Source: Lophium mytilinum
Taxonomy: Eukaryota
NCBI GenBank assembly: GCA_010093605.1
Contig: MU004193.1
Location: 689,520-753,519 of the forward strand
Length of the DNA stretch: 64,000 nt
Direction of reading: 5' to 3'
Positions 50,701-63,430 of this stretch are shown piece after piece (the first letter of the stretch is position 1; every line of letters starts with the position of its first letter). The position numbers were made by a program, and so were the translations under genes. The notes beneath the pieces were generated by a model, which was given only the letters and a program-made list of their open reading frames with translations, ran no database searches and was not told the DNA's origin.

Positions 50701-53619
50701 AGATTAGATATAGAGGTTATAGTCTTTAGATAGAATAAAGAGAGCGTTCTCTAGTATTAGGTCTCTTAGTCTAATAAAGTATAGATAGAATAACTTATCT
50801 AGGACTTTTAGTATTGCAATATTAATGTCTATATTAGTGCCGTTAATAATAAGAATATTTACTTACTTAAGACCTACGCCTTTAAAGAAGCTAGCAAGCT
50901 TAGAGAATCTTAATAACCTAAGTTACTACTAGAGAACGGGAGCGGAGTATACTATAGTATATAGTATATTATTTCTTTAGTACTTCTACCTTCTATTTAA
51001 TAAAATAATTTTATTTATTTACTATATTCTAGATAGATATTACGCGTCTCTTAGACTCTAAGAAGATTAAAATATTCTTAAGCTCTTTCTAGATCTTTTC
51101 TACCTAAAGAAACTATAAGAAATAGTTGCAAGTTAACTATTAGGCTAAAACTAATTAGTAACATTATTAACGCTAATATACCTCCTTAACCTTTATCCTT
51201 AAGCTTAGTGTCTTTTACCCCGTACCTCTATTTATATATTAGTCTCTATTCTAATTAATCTTTAGGCAAGTTATTAACTAGTTATAAACTAATTAGGCTT
51301 ATATAGAAGTAAGTTCGCCCTTATTATATAGAAGTATACCGGCCTAAAAGATATTCTACTCTATAAAGATAGATATCTTCTTCCTATTAAGTACTATATA
51401 GAAGTTATAATTATAAAGAGATAGCACTTTATTCTAAATATCTATTATACCCTCTAGAATTACCTATATATACCTTATAGTATTCTAATTTATTATTACT
51501 ATCTAAAGGTCTAGAATAATAAGCATAGTAAGATTATAGTTATCTTAGTTACTAAAAAGAGTAATAAACTCTTCTACTTTATTAAGAGAGGTATTATTAT
51601 TATTATAATAAAGTTGCACCTAGAAACGTTTATAGAGCATCTATAGTTGCGCACCTTAGTTAGGGCATTTTAGATTTCTAAGTTTATTAAGTTTATAGAG
51701 GCGATCTACACTTATAGTAGCGCTTATTTCTAATTAGAGGAAATATTAAGTAGATGCAGTAGTAGTATTAGAAAGCTAGAGTAGTAATATAGATTAAGTA
51801 TATATAGAAGCTAGTACTCTTATAAGAGAAAAATATAAGATATTAGTGCATGCTATTTATATAACTTTCTATAATAAGACGCAGGGGCTAGGTCTTATAA
51901 GCCTATATATATAGTAAATTAAGATAAGCTATAAATTTTAACCTAGATAGCTTTCTACTCCCGCTAATAAGGAGATTTAACCTTAGCTATACTAAAATAG
52001 GCCCTAAAAAGAAACATTAAAGCTTCTAAATATTACACTAGTTTCTTAGAAATATGCCGGCATCTTATAGCTTCTAGAAGTTATTATATAATAAGTTTAT
52101 CTCCTAGAAGGTTAAGGATAGAAATAGTAGCTATAATTGCACTATACTAAATAATAAAGTTACAGCCCTAGCATTAAATAATATTATAGTAAAGCGAGGC
52201 TAGAGCTTCTTCTTTTATATTTGCACATTATTATATTAGATAAAAATATAGAAACAGCTATAAGATATAGCACCCGAGGCCGTATCTACTAGTAAAGTAT
52301 AGGGATTCTCTATTAGGGCAGTATTAATACTATTAATATGTAAGATTCCTAATTCTATATAAGCTACTAGTCCTTTAGTAGGAAGTATAAAGAATAGATA
52401 AGCTAATAACCTATAGTAAGTAGAAATAGATTATCTAACCTTCTTTATATATAATATATATAGACTAGCGCTAAGTAAGCTATATATTTTATAAAGTCCC
52501 CTTAATCTTAATATATATAATATAATAGTCTATAGGCCCTCTTCTTAGGAAAAATTTCTCTATATAGTATATAATATATATATAGTAAGATATAGCTAGT
52601 CTTTAGATCTAAACTTAAGCTAATTATTATCTTAGTAATACCTTAGTACCTATATTACATAGAGACGACAGTACTAGGGGATATTATTAGCAACTATTTA
52701 GAAATAAAGAAAAAAAACCTTAGGTAGCTTAATACTACTAAAAGCTTATTTAAAGATGTAGAACATCTAGATAGGCTTATATAATATTTATAAAAAGATA
52801 TTAATGCTCTCTATAATACTATTATAAATACTTATTCTTAGATACCTGCAAGTTACTCTATAGAGGAATTTTGCCTACGCCTACCTTATTCCTTAAATTC
52901 TAAGCGGGGTCTTAGACTTAGTGCGCTGCTAAATATAGATAGTAGGTTTAAGTTTACTAATACTAATATAAAACGTAGGATACAATTACTAAACTATAGA
53001 CGCGGAAGTTAAATTAGTTATACTAAGGCCTAGATTCTAAGTATAGATGGCGAGGATAATAAGGATAATAAGAATAATAAGGATAATAATAGAGTTATAA
53101 GGTATACGCGCTATATATCTACTATATTTAGCTATACTAATAAAATCTAGTCTCTCCGGGCTAGTAGAGGTTGCGAAAGCGTTAATAAGGGTATTTCTAA
53201 TAACCACGAATTAAGAAAGGTAAAGATAGATAACTTACTAATCTTAACTTATATAGGAGCTAATATTTTTAAGGTTTAACTAAGTTCTACTATAACTTAG
53301 AGCTAGGTAGTTAGATATAGTTAATAATAATAGCCGTTCTACTATAAACGTCCGGCGCAATTATAAGCTAAATCTACTTAGAATTAAATCTATCTCCCGT
53401 ATATATAAGATGTTACTTAAGTATTTCTAACATGCTAATATTACTGCACCCTTATAATAAAAAACTATCTAGGTAGTTTTTTAAATATTTACTTACCTTT
53501 AATTAATATAGACACTTAGTAATAACTACCTATTTATAAGTAGTACTTATTAATATAACTAAGTAGTTAGAATCTAGAGCTTCTTTATAGCGTAAACTTA
53601 ATACCTGCCGGCGATTTAA

Positions 53620-54650
53620 AGCTATTAAGTATTACCGCTGCAGAGTATTACTAGTCGCGTTGCCTAGGGTAATAGTTAGCTTTCTACTTATTCTTATCCT
53701 TATTCTTATCCTTATCCTCATCCTTATTCTTATCCTTATCCTCGCTGTTAACCTTCTTATTTTTAATAGCTGTAGCCTTAGTATTATTCTTATTCTTAAT
53801 AGCAGTAGTAATATTAATTCTCTAGAAGCGTAAGGTTACTGGCTAATATATTAGCCGCTACTTAGTAAGTCTAAACTAGATAGTAGACTTACTAGCAGCC
53901 TTAGTAGCCTTATCTACCTTAGTCTTATAACTACGTTTCTTTAAGCTACTGTTCTTAGTAGACTTACTAGTAACCTTACGGCCTTATCTATCTTAGTCTT
54001 GCAACCGCGCTTCTTCTAGTTTTATAACCGCGTTTCTTTAAGCTACTATTTTTAGTAGACTTACTAGTAGCCTTATAGCCTTTTCTACCTTAGTCTTATA
54101 ACTACGCTTCTTTTAGTTTTATAACCGCGCTTCTTCTAGTCTTATAACTACGCTTCTTCTAGTCTTATAACTGCGCTTCTTTTAGTTTTACAACTGTACT
54201 TCTTTAAGCTACCCTTCTTACCTTTAGCCTTACTAGTAGGAGGCTTGCGCTTACATAGAGTAGTAGTATTCTTAGCCTTAGAAGTCTTAACCTTAGAAGT
54301 AGTAATATTATTATTAGAGGTAAGAAGTTTATTATAAGCTATAGTAAACTAGTACCCTCTTTATTACTAGCCTTATTAGTAGCAGCCGCCGCTACCTTAC
54401 TATAAGGCTTATAAGTAGTAGAAGTCTTAAAAGTCTTTAGAGTCTTTAGTAGAATAGTAGTATCTTTAGTAAATAGCTTAATCTTAAGCTTAGCCTAGGC
54501 GTTAGAGGTAGACTTTAGTTTACCTATACTAGTAAAGCTAGTAAGCTTCTTATAGTTAATCTATAGTAGATAGTAAGATCTATATGCATTAAATAATAGA
54601 AGAACCTTAACTAAATATAATATTCTTAAGTTCTTAGTATTTACGCCTTA
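53620..54650 (-). pseudogene. RIPped gene for a fungal Myb-like / histone-H1-like basic protein with tandem AT-hook-like KKRGRK repeats and an acidic tail
   Basis: After a TAG acceptor at 54561 the frame reads INYKKLTSFTSIGKLKSTSNA*AKLKIKLF (de-RIP IDYEKLxxFTGMGKxKSxSNAWAKLKxKL). It continues with PKTPKT and TPRKRKPP, then about 8 copies of AAG AAG CGC GGT TGC/TAT AAG ACT at 53920-54205, and an (ED)n tract at 53690-53745. Confidence 0.7.
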
Positions 54651-55739
54651 GTTAAGATAGTTTTACTATAGATTTTACCTTATCTAACTATTACTACTAA
54701 ATTATACGTACTTTATAGTTATAGCTAGAGATTAGCTACTACGCGCAGGGGCGAGTATAAAGGAGAGGCGGTTGCAAAGCGCGTATTAGATAATCTAAGG
54801 TTAAAGATAGCAGGGAAGCTATAGATATATAATTAAGGAATATAGTATAGTTTTATAGTAGTAACTTAGGAATTTAGAAACTTATAGACTAAACCCTACT
54901 ACTAAAAAAAGAAGACGCTAAAGGTAGAGCTAGGGCTAGAAGGGAATAAGGAAATACAGGTATTACAGAGCTAAGCTTAGTACTTAGCCCTCTCTAAACT
55001 TCTACTAGAATGTCCTAATATCTAAGTATATACCTTGCACTGCCCCTTTAAAAGCTGCTGCGTAGTAAGTATTTAATACTTTAAAGCTAATAGGGCCTAA
55101 GTACTATATCTACTCTTAATTTAATAACGCTAGAGCTTTATATAGTGTTACCGCCTAGAATATAGAGACTTAGAATTTAATATAAGGTACTTGCGCCCTA
55201 AAATACCTAACTTACTAGCTATACCTATAATGGCCGAAACGGGTTTATATATTATTAGAAATAAAAGCTAGAACTTTATAGATAAATAGGTAAAGAATAA
55301 AACTTGCATTTAATACTATAAACTAACCCGATTAAAGTATAGAAGGGCGACTATTTTATAATATTACTCTAAGCTTATCTACTATATATCCTCTATCTTT
55401 ATATAGCTAGTATAAGATATATTCTATTATTTTTCTTGCGAATAAATCTATATAAAGGGAAGAATAATCTTAGATAGGTATTAGGATCTAGATTACCTCT
55501 TTAAGGGCTTTATAATAATTTACTTCTTAGTAAGATAGCTATATTTCTAGCTATAGTAAAAGCATTATTATTTCTATATAAAAAGTAACCCAAATAATAA
55601 TATTAACCTTTTTAGGGTAAGAAATTAAAGATACTAATATATTATATTATCGCGGTTCTATTATAAACGGATTAGAAGAGAATTATTATTATTACATCTT
55701 AACTATTCCTCCGCTCTTATTATTAGACACGTTCGGATA

Positions 55740-56350
55740 GTAAGCTAAGAATAGCACTTAACCCGGAAGGAATAATACTTATTACTAAAGAGGTTAATAG
55801 CTTTATTAATCTAGTTAAGGTTCTTAAGAGTATTAATAAAGATAAGGTATAGAATATATTTACTACTCTAGTATTTACTAATATTTATAGCTTAAGTAAA
55901 TATAATAACTTTCTTCTAATATAATATTAGTGGCGCTTAGGTAGATATTACGCGTGCTTAGTAACGCATTTCTATCTAATAGCGAGAAAACTCTACCTAA
56001 GAGTAATAGAGGGGGTAGACTAAGAAAAAAAGCTAAGCTACGTTATAGCTAAGAACCCTCTACTAAAGATAAAGAGCCCTACTTAGATACTAATAGTGGC
56101 GACGGTAAAAAGAATATATAGCGCCTAATTACTAGTCTAGAAAAGCTACTATATTCTACGGTACTCTAATAATTCCTTAGCAGCCGAGGTAATAGATATA
56201 TTAATAGCGCTAAGTTCTACTTATAGGCCTTACTAGAAATAATAGTACTTCTACTAAAAAATGCTAGGTTAAGCACTATTAATAATATTATCCTTCCGGC
56301 CTATAAATTTACATAGTATATTACTAAACGCAGCTAAAGTATATATATCT
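55740..56350 (+). pseudogene. RIPped ORF relic with a single AT-hook/NLS-like motif
   Basis: AAT AGA GGG GGT AGA CTA AGA AAA AAA GCT AAG at about 56005-56037 de-RIPs to NRGGRPRKKAK, followed by an acidic stretch. Confidence 0.35.
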
Positions 56351-57779
56351 AATAGTGTTTTACTATACTATTAGTTTATAATATTATTTAATAGACCTTT
56401 CTATTTATTAGAGGCCGTCTTAGTAACTATATTAAATTCTATATTGCGGTAAAGTTTAGTAATAAGGTAATCTAGGCGGTTAGAGATTCTTAATAGTAAA
56501 TTAGTACTAATATTTAGAAATACTTCTATCTAGGTAGAAGACTTACTAATTTTATAACTAAATTTAGTAAGAAATGTCTCTTTATTCTTATAGAGCAACT
56601 CTTAAAGTATTAGTAAGACGCTAAATCTTAAGGAAACTCTTCTAATATCTCTTAGGCTTTAATATTAGTTTATATTTATAGGGGCCCTATAAGATAAAGC
56701 TATATAGTATTTATATTAGTTATAGCTTAGAGAGTAAGCTAATAAGTGCGGGGCGTTTAAGCTTAGATAGTAAGTGCGCTAAGTCTTTATATACCTATTA
56801 TCTAGGGAGGATTAGAGTTCTATAATTAACTGCACTAAATTCTATTCCCGCTAATAATTTAATAAGCTACCTAACTAACACGGCTTAAGCTTCTATTACG
56901 CTTAAGTATTAGGGGTAAGGATTAATTTAAGGCTTAAGTATTAGTGCATATAGCAGGCGTAGAAATAAATATCTTACTTTAATATCTCTAACTTCTTCTA
57001 GTTTCTTAATTATATATCTTAATACTTATAACTATAAGTGTTTTATATATGCGCTAATTTAATTAGGCGTAGAGATATAAGAGGAGAGCGCATAGTAGAG
57101 GGCTTATAGATAGAATTAATAATATTTATATATTAAGAGATAAATTCTTATAGAATTATAATGCGTGCTAGAGGTATATAGGGCCTAAAGTAAGTATATA
57201 ACTTATAAGGGCCTTTATAGTGCTTTTACTTAATAATATCCTAGTAGCTCTATCTATTATTCTTATTCTCTTTAATAACCTTCTTAATTATAATTATCTT
57301 ACGTGCCTTTAGAGGCTTTACTATACCGCTATTAGCCTTTAACTTTACGGGAGACTTAAGCTTAGTTATTAGCGCCCTATCTACCTCTCCCCCCTAAGAA
57401 GCTATATTTAGTAACGCTAGGCCTTATATATAAATAAAATAACTAAGATCTATATATAGATATTTAAATAGAGAAAGGCCCGGCGGCGTTTTTAATACTA
57501 TAGAAGAGGAAATTAAGAGAGGTAAATAATTTACTTATACTATAAGAGAGGGAAATCCGTAAATATAATTAGCAGAGAAGTTTATTAACGTAGCGGGTAC
57601 CTACCTATAGGTACTAAACCTAAGTCTTACTTCTATAGCCGTTTTACCCTACTATAGAAGTTTATAATCTATACCCGCCTTATATAAGATAGCGTTAGCC
57701 TTAAATTGCCCCCTCCGGGCCTGCTACCTATTAGGTCCTCTTTATTAGTATTAGAACTAGTACCTAACTAACTATAGGC

Positions 57780-58075
57780 GTCTAGAGGCTAGGATTTATA
57801 TATAAGCTAGCCTAGATGTAATTAGCCTAGAAATAGATAGATATTATAAGATTTACCTAGGTATATAGTTAAGATTTATTCTTACTATTAGTTTATTATC
57901 TATTATAAACTAATAAGAGCTTATAGTTATCTAGAGGGCTAGAATTTACCTAGAATCCGGCCTAGAGTTAAGTAGCCTAGAAATTATTAGATATTGCGCT
58001 ATTTACGCCTATATATAGTTAAGATTTTTACTATTAAGTTTATTACTTATTATAAAAATTAATAGGAGTTTATAG
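57780..58075. repeat. Diverged tandem duplication, ~150-bp unit x2
   Basis: Shared anchors TCTAGAGG(G)CTAG, TAGCCTAGAAAT, TAGATATT, TATATAGTTAAGATTT and TATTATAAA recur at about 150-bp offset. Confidence 0.65.
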
Positions 58076-59739
58076 GCCGCGTTCTATACCTACTATTCGC
58101 CCTTATTAGTACTGCTAATAACTATATATTTTAAAAGTTCTAGACTAATTCTAGTTATATAATATAGGAGTTACTTTATAAGAAGAAGAATATATATATA
58201 TATTAACTATACGTGTTTTTAAATAAGCTCTATTACTTAGCCCTTCTACCTTAGTATATTCTTTACCCCGCTAGTACTTTACTATAGCTTTATTAGCTGC
58301 TTAGCTAAATATTATAATATATAGCTTAATTCTAACTCTAATACCTCTACTATCTCTAATAGCTACCTTAGTAGCTGCTTGCACGCCTATAGTAGAGCCT
58401 AAGCCGGCGCTTCTATTTAAGCATGCGCCTATAGCGGCCTTACCTACTATATCTATATCTACTAACGCGTCTACTATTCTATATATTCTTATTTCTAAGG
58501 TAGAGAGAATAGCTTTCTATACTACTAATTAGTAACGCATTCTATAGAACTAGTTAGCTATAGAAAAGACTAAGTTAGTATATACCCTAGAGATGCTAGT
58601 TAGAAATAGGTAGTAGTTATTTCTTAGATATAGTATACTACTAAGAAACGCCTTATATATTAGGCGTATTATAGAGATAGAGTTAGGCAAGTAGAAGTAT
58701 AGAAAGGACTAGTGTTTAGCCTATTAAAAGAATAATAATAAGTATTAGGTATACTTAAAGTAGGGCCGCAAGCAGGTATAATATCTAGGTAATACTTATA
58801 CTTATTATAGAGTAAGATTCTATACTAGTAGCTATAGCCTATCTACGCGGAAGAAGTAGAAATATAAATCTTAGGTACCTACTTAGTTTTTAAGCGCAAG
58901 AGGTTAGGTATATAGAATAGACGTTTAAGAAATTAAACTATTTTTAAGCCTTAATTAGCCTATACTCTAGTATAAGAACTTAACCTAGTTAAGAGCTATA
59001 TTAGTAATTAGCCTACTAATAAAAAGCTTTATCTACTATATTTTACTCGCCCTTTACTAGAAAGAGAGCCATGCCTATTAGCGGATAGTCCTTGCAATAT
59101 TATACTAATTTCTAGAGCGCGTAATGCGTAGGTAGAGGCCCCTAAAGAGTATTAATAATATAGGCCTTTCTATTAGGTAGGTAATATATTTATAGAAGGG
59201 CTATATATAGTATTACTATAGTATTATATAGTTCTTTTATTATGCGCAATATATATATACAGCCTGCGTCCTAAAATAGAAGTATAAGATAGAGGTAATG
59301 CGACTATTTTTATACCTTATAGTTATTATTCTTACGTCCGTATAAGTAGTATATAAACCCGTGCTTCCCGTATATCTAGCGGAAAGACTTAAAATTACTC
59401 TTACCTATCCGCTATGCCGCTAGATTTTACGCCTATACCTTATCTATCTCCTTAAGCTTTATAGCTAGGTAAGTTACTAGCTACTTTAAGGCCTAGAAAC
59501 TAATATTCTCTAGCTTTCTATCTTCTAGGGGTTACTTATCTAAGTTCTTAGTCTCTTATAGTTTAGAGCTTCTTAACTATAGTAAGGGCAGCGCGCCTTA
59601 TATCTTATATTCTTAGCGCGGCGTTTTTCTCCCGCAAGCTAGTAATCTATCTTGCGCTACTTTTAGATCTAGGTAATAATATTATTATATCTCTACTTTA
59701 AGTTATCTCCGCTAAGCTACTATAAAACGGCCTTCTAGT

Positions 59740-60060
59740 AGCTAAAGAGAAAGAAGGCGCGCGTAAGTAAATAGGTAGATTAGTAATAGGCAATAGAAAA
59801 TAACTTAGTATAGAATATAGAGTAGAATGTATAAGAGTAATAATAAATCTAACTATACGCTTCTTATTAATACTACTACCTCTATAATATATTATAGTCT
59901 AATTTTTAACCTAGAAGGTATATCTATATAATATATAAATATATAGAATTTTTCTTAGCTATATTTAAGCGCGTTTAAACGCTTTATAGTTGTAATATAA
60001 GACGCAACGTATTTATAATACTATAACGCGTGTTTTTTCCTATTATAAAATCTCTTATTC
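59740..60060 (-). repeat. Inverted, order-permuted copy of blocks B and A from 18520-19010
   Basis: The minus strand reads B (60060-59834) joined directly to A (59830-59740). Confidence 0.85.
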
Positions 60061-60199
60061 TAAGGCTACTAGAAAATCTAAACGTCTATCTTATTTAACT
60101 CTAGAACGCGCGGCGCTATATATAATAGAACTATAAGGTTTTTATAATATAGTTATAGTTCTCTAGTTCTACTAGGTACTACTAATACCTTTTTAGTTA

Positions 60200-63100
60200 A
60201 GGTAGTATAGGTATAGCTTCTTTCTACTAGCGCCTTTAGTTAAAGTAGTTCCTAGGCATTATAAATTAAACCTAAAGCGTATTTCTTAAACTTCTAGTTA
60301 GTACTTATATATATTATATAGATTATTAGAAATAGCTACCTAAAAGCGTTCTACTTTTACGCTAACTATTACTTAAGATTCTTTAGCGACTTTATAGTCT
60401 ATATTTCTATTAGTTGCTAAATTTCTATATAATCTAAAGATGCATTTACTAGATCTAAGGCGTTGTAATTATTACCCCTTAAGAATTACCTAATAGTAAA
60501 TTAACTCTTCTTAATCTATTCTAAGATAAGTTTTTAATTATTATTTACGTCTTAGCTATTAAGCTACTTAGATCTAACTAAATCTACTAAGTATATATGC
60601 CGCCGAATATTTATACTATCTAGAAGGCGGCTATTAGTGTCCCCTTAACTGCCTGCGCTGTAATCTTAACCTAAGTTAACTATAATCTAATAGATTAGAT
60701 TACTTTATAAGAATTGCGGGTTAAACCTAGTATAGCTTATTAAGCGCCTATTTACTATATAGGTTATAAGATAGTATAGTATTTCTATACTATTTATAAT
60801 ATACTATAGGCAGGTTAGTAGCTTAGGCTATAGTAAAAGTTTAGTATCCGCATTTATATTATTCGCCGCTAATAGTATTAGAATGTCTCCCTTGCTCTCG
60901 CATATAAAAGGATATACCTTATTCCGCTAAATTTCTATAGCTATAAATAAGATATAAGTAGCCGGGGATTACTTAAATATAAAATGCGCAATCTTTTGCG
61001 CTATAGAATTAGGCTTAGTAAATATTATATATAACTTTCTAGTACTACTATAGCTATAAACTATAATATAAAGGGATGTCTATAATATACTAGATATATT
61101 TATAAATAGAAGAATCCGGCTCTAGATATATAAGTTATTATTATTAATAAAGACACGGTTAAAGAAATATAACTATAATAAACTAGATAGTAGACTAATT
61201 TATAATATGTCCCTTGCGGAGTTAGTCTAGGTAATAGTTATAGGTAGGCTTTTTAATGTTTTGCATGCTCTAATCTAGACCTAAGGTCTTATTTTTTAAA
61301 CGCTCTAATATAGCTTCTAGAGCATTTACTAATATATATCTATATATTCCCTATAGTATTCTAGCTAGCTCTTAATTTTCGCGTAGTAGTTATATAGTGC
61401 ACTATCTATATTTAAGGCTAACTATATTAGAACTATATCTACTTTAAGAAAGTCTTTACTAGCGGTTTTAACTAGCTAGTCCTATATTACTCTTACCCTC
61501 TTAAAAATATCTATATACTACTTAGTCTTTTTATAAAGCCTATATTAGAAGGCTCTTAGATTATTATTAAGGTTCTTAGTATACTTGCTAAGAACCTAAT
61601 AGCTCTCTTCTAACTAGACTTTTACGCTCCTAGCTTTATTCTAAGATTTTACTAACCTATCTAACTAGGTCTTTAGATCTTTAATTATAGCCTTAAGATA
61701 TAACTTTTACTAGAGTAGATTATTATAAGTAGGGATAACGGGGCTAATTAGTAGTAGGACTATCTTTATATTCTTAGCGTCTAGTAATTTCTATATTCTA
61801 ATAAACTTATAATTCTACCGGCAGGCTTCCTTATATAAGTTCTAATCTAAGAGTTAGTATATCTTTAAATAGTACTTAGCTATTATATAAGTATTATATT
61901 TATAAATTATATATTTAGTTCTATATCTTTTATATTAATAATACTATAGTTAGTAAATACCCGCAGGCCTATATAGATCTATAGCTAGCCTTCTATCTTT
62001 ATTATATACTTTCTTCTCCCTTTTAAGAGTATTCTTAGTTCTCTAAACCTTATCTTTATACTAATTTCTAAGAAAGTTACCTATATATAGCTTCTTACTA
62101 TTAGTACTATAGATATTCTAGTATTTCTTTTCTAAAACGTCTTTTTTAGTATACTCTAGGGTAGCGAGCCGGGCCCTATACTACTTAACTAGGGGTTAGA
62201 AGTTATAAAGCCGCAGTTTATCTTAAAGATTCTATTAGAGCTCTACTTTATTAGTTAGCGCATTTTTTAAGGCCGTATTAAGTTTTAAGACTACTCTAAG
62301 CTAATTAACTAGACTTAGCTTTAATAGACTCTTAATATTAGGAAAGTATTTATTAACTAATTCTTAAGTATTATAGCTACTAAGAGCATTCTTAATTATT
62401 TTAACCTCTTAGGTAATATTATTTTCTCTACCTTTTAATTTCTCTTTATTATTACTTATAATCTAAGTTTAAAGGTTATTCTAATATAGCGCGCGCCTAA
62501 TGGCTTTAAATACTTAATTAATAATAGCTATTATATCTCGCGTACTATTAAGATTATCCTTACTTATTTTAAGTTTTTATTTAGAGTTAGCTAGTCGGTT
62601 TCGCGCTTCTTTAGAAGTGTTCCTCGCTACTATAAGCTTTTTATCTAGGCCTTTAATATCGCCCTTAAGTATTATAAGCTTATTACTTTAGTTAACGTCG
62701 GCTAGTTAATTTTGCGCTTCTTTAGAAGCGTCCCTTACTACTATAAGCTTCTTATCTAGGCCTTTAATATTGCCCTTAAGTATTATAAGCTTATTACTTT
62801 AGTAGGTAGTAGCTAGTTAGTTTTATACTTTTTTAGACGCGTCCCTTATTACTATAAGCTTCTAGTTAAGGTCTACTAGGCCTTTAATATCGCCCTTAAG
62901 TATTGCGAGCTCCTTACTAATATCTATAAGGCGGCGTCGCGTTCTATTAAGATTAGCTTTAGTTATATTAAGTTCTTAGTTAATATTAGCTAGTTAGTTT
63001 TATACTTCTTTAGACGCGTTCCTTACTACTATAAGCTTCTAGCGGAGGTCTACTAGGCCTTTAAAATTATTCTTTAGTATTTTAAGCTACTTATTAATAT

Positions 63101-63430
63101 CTATAAGGCGGTATTGCATTCTATTAAGCTTAGCCTAAGTTATATTAAGTTCTTAGTTAACGTTAGCTAGTTAGCTTTACACTTCTTTAGACGTGTTTCT
63201 TACCGCTATAAGCTTCTTACTACTATTAGTAAGGCAGTCTTGCGTTCCGTTAAGATTAACCTTAGTTAATTTAATTACTTAGTTAGTACTACTTAACTAA
63301 TCTTGCAGCCCGTTAATAGTACGCCTAGCTATTAAAAGCTTAAGATTAACCTAAGCGCGTTAATTCTATAGGCTATTATATTCTACTATTATAATTACTA
63401 TAGTAGTCTAAACTTCTCTATATCTATATA
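60200..63430 (-). pseudogene. RIP-destroyed kinesin with N-terminal repetitive coiled coil and C-terminal motor (kinesin-14/Kar3-like architecture)
   Basis: Motor motifs in the expected order, de-RIP residues in brackets. IDIFxRVR at about 61500. YFF[D]RVF at about 61160. P-loop L[C]I[M]VY[G]YS[G]T[G]K[S]Y[TM]F at about 61025-61075. I[S]FxAxEIxRN[E]VY at about 60930. Switch I NRRxxxxT[G]FNPQF[SR]SN at about 60700-60750. Switch II IYLVDLV[G]S[E] at about 60570-60595. IKKS (cf. INKS) at about 60510. Confidence 0.85.
62590..63250 (-). repeat. In-frame coiled-coil repeats of the kinesin stalk: two 111-bp (37 aa) and two 177-bp (59 aa) periods
   Basis: Anchor CTT(C/T)TTTAGA at 62606, 62717, 62828, 63005 and 63182. 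The unit de-RIPs to ..KLxxLKGDIxGLDKKLxVARxxSKEARNRLA. Confidence 0.85.

Noticed and set aside
57780..58075. Myb repeats as the meaning of the ~150-bp duplication
   Set aside because: One unit gives a YGRKWRNI-like string, but the second unit does not keep the tryptophan pattern.
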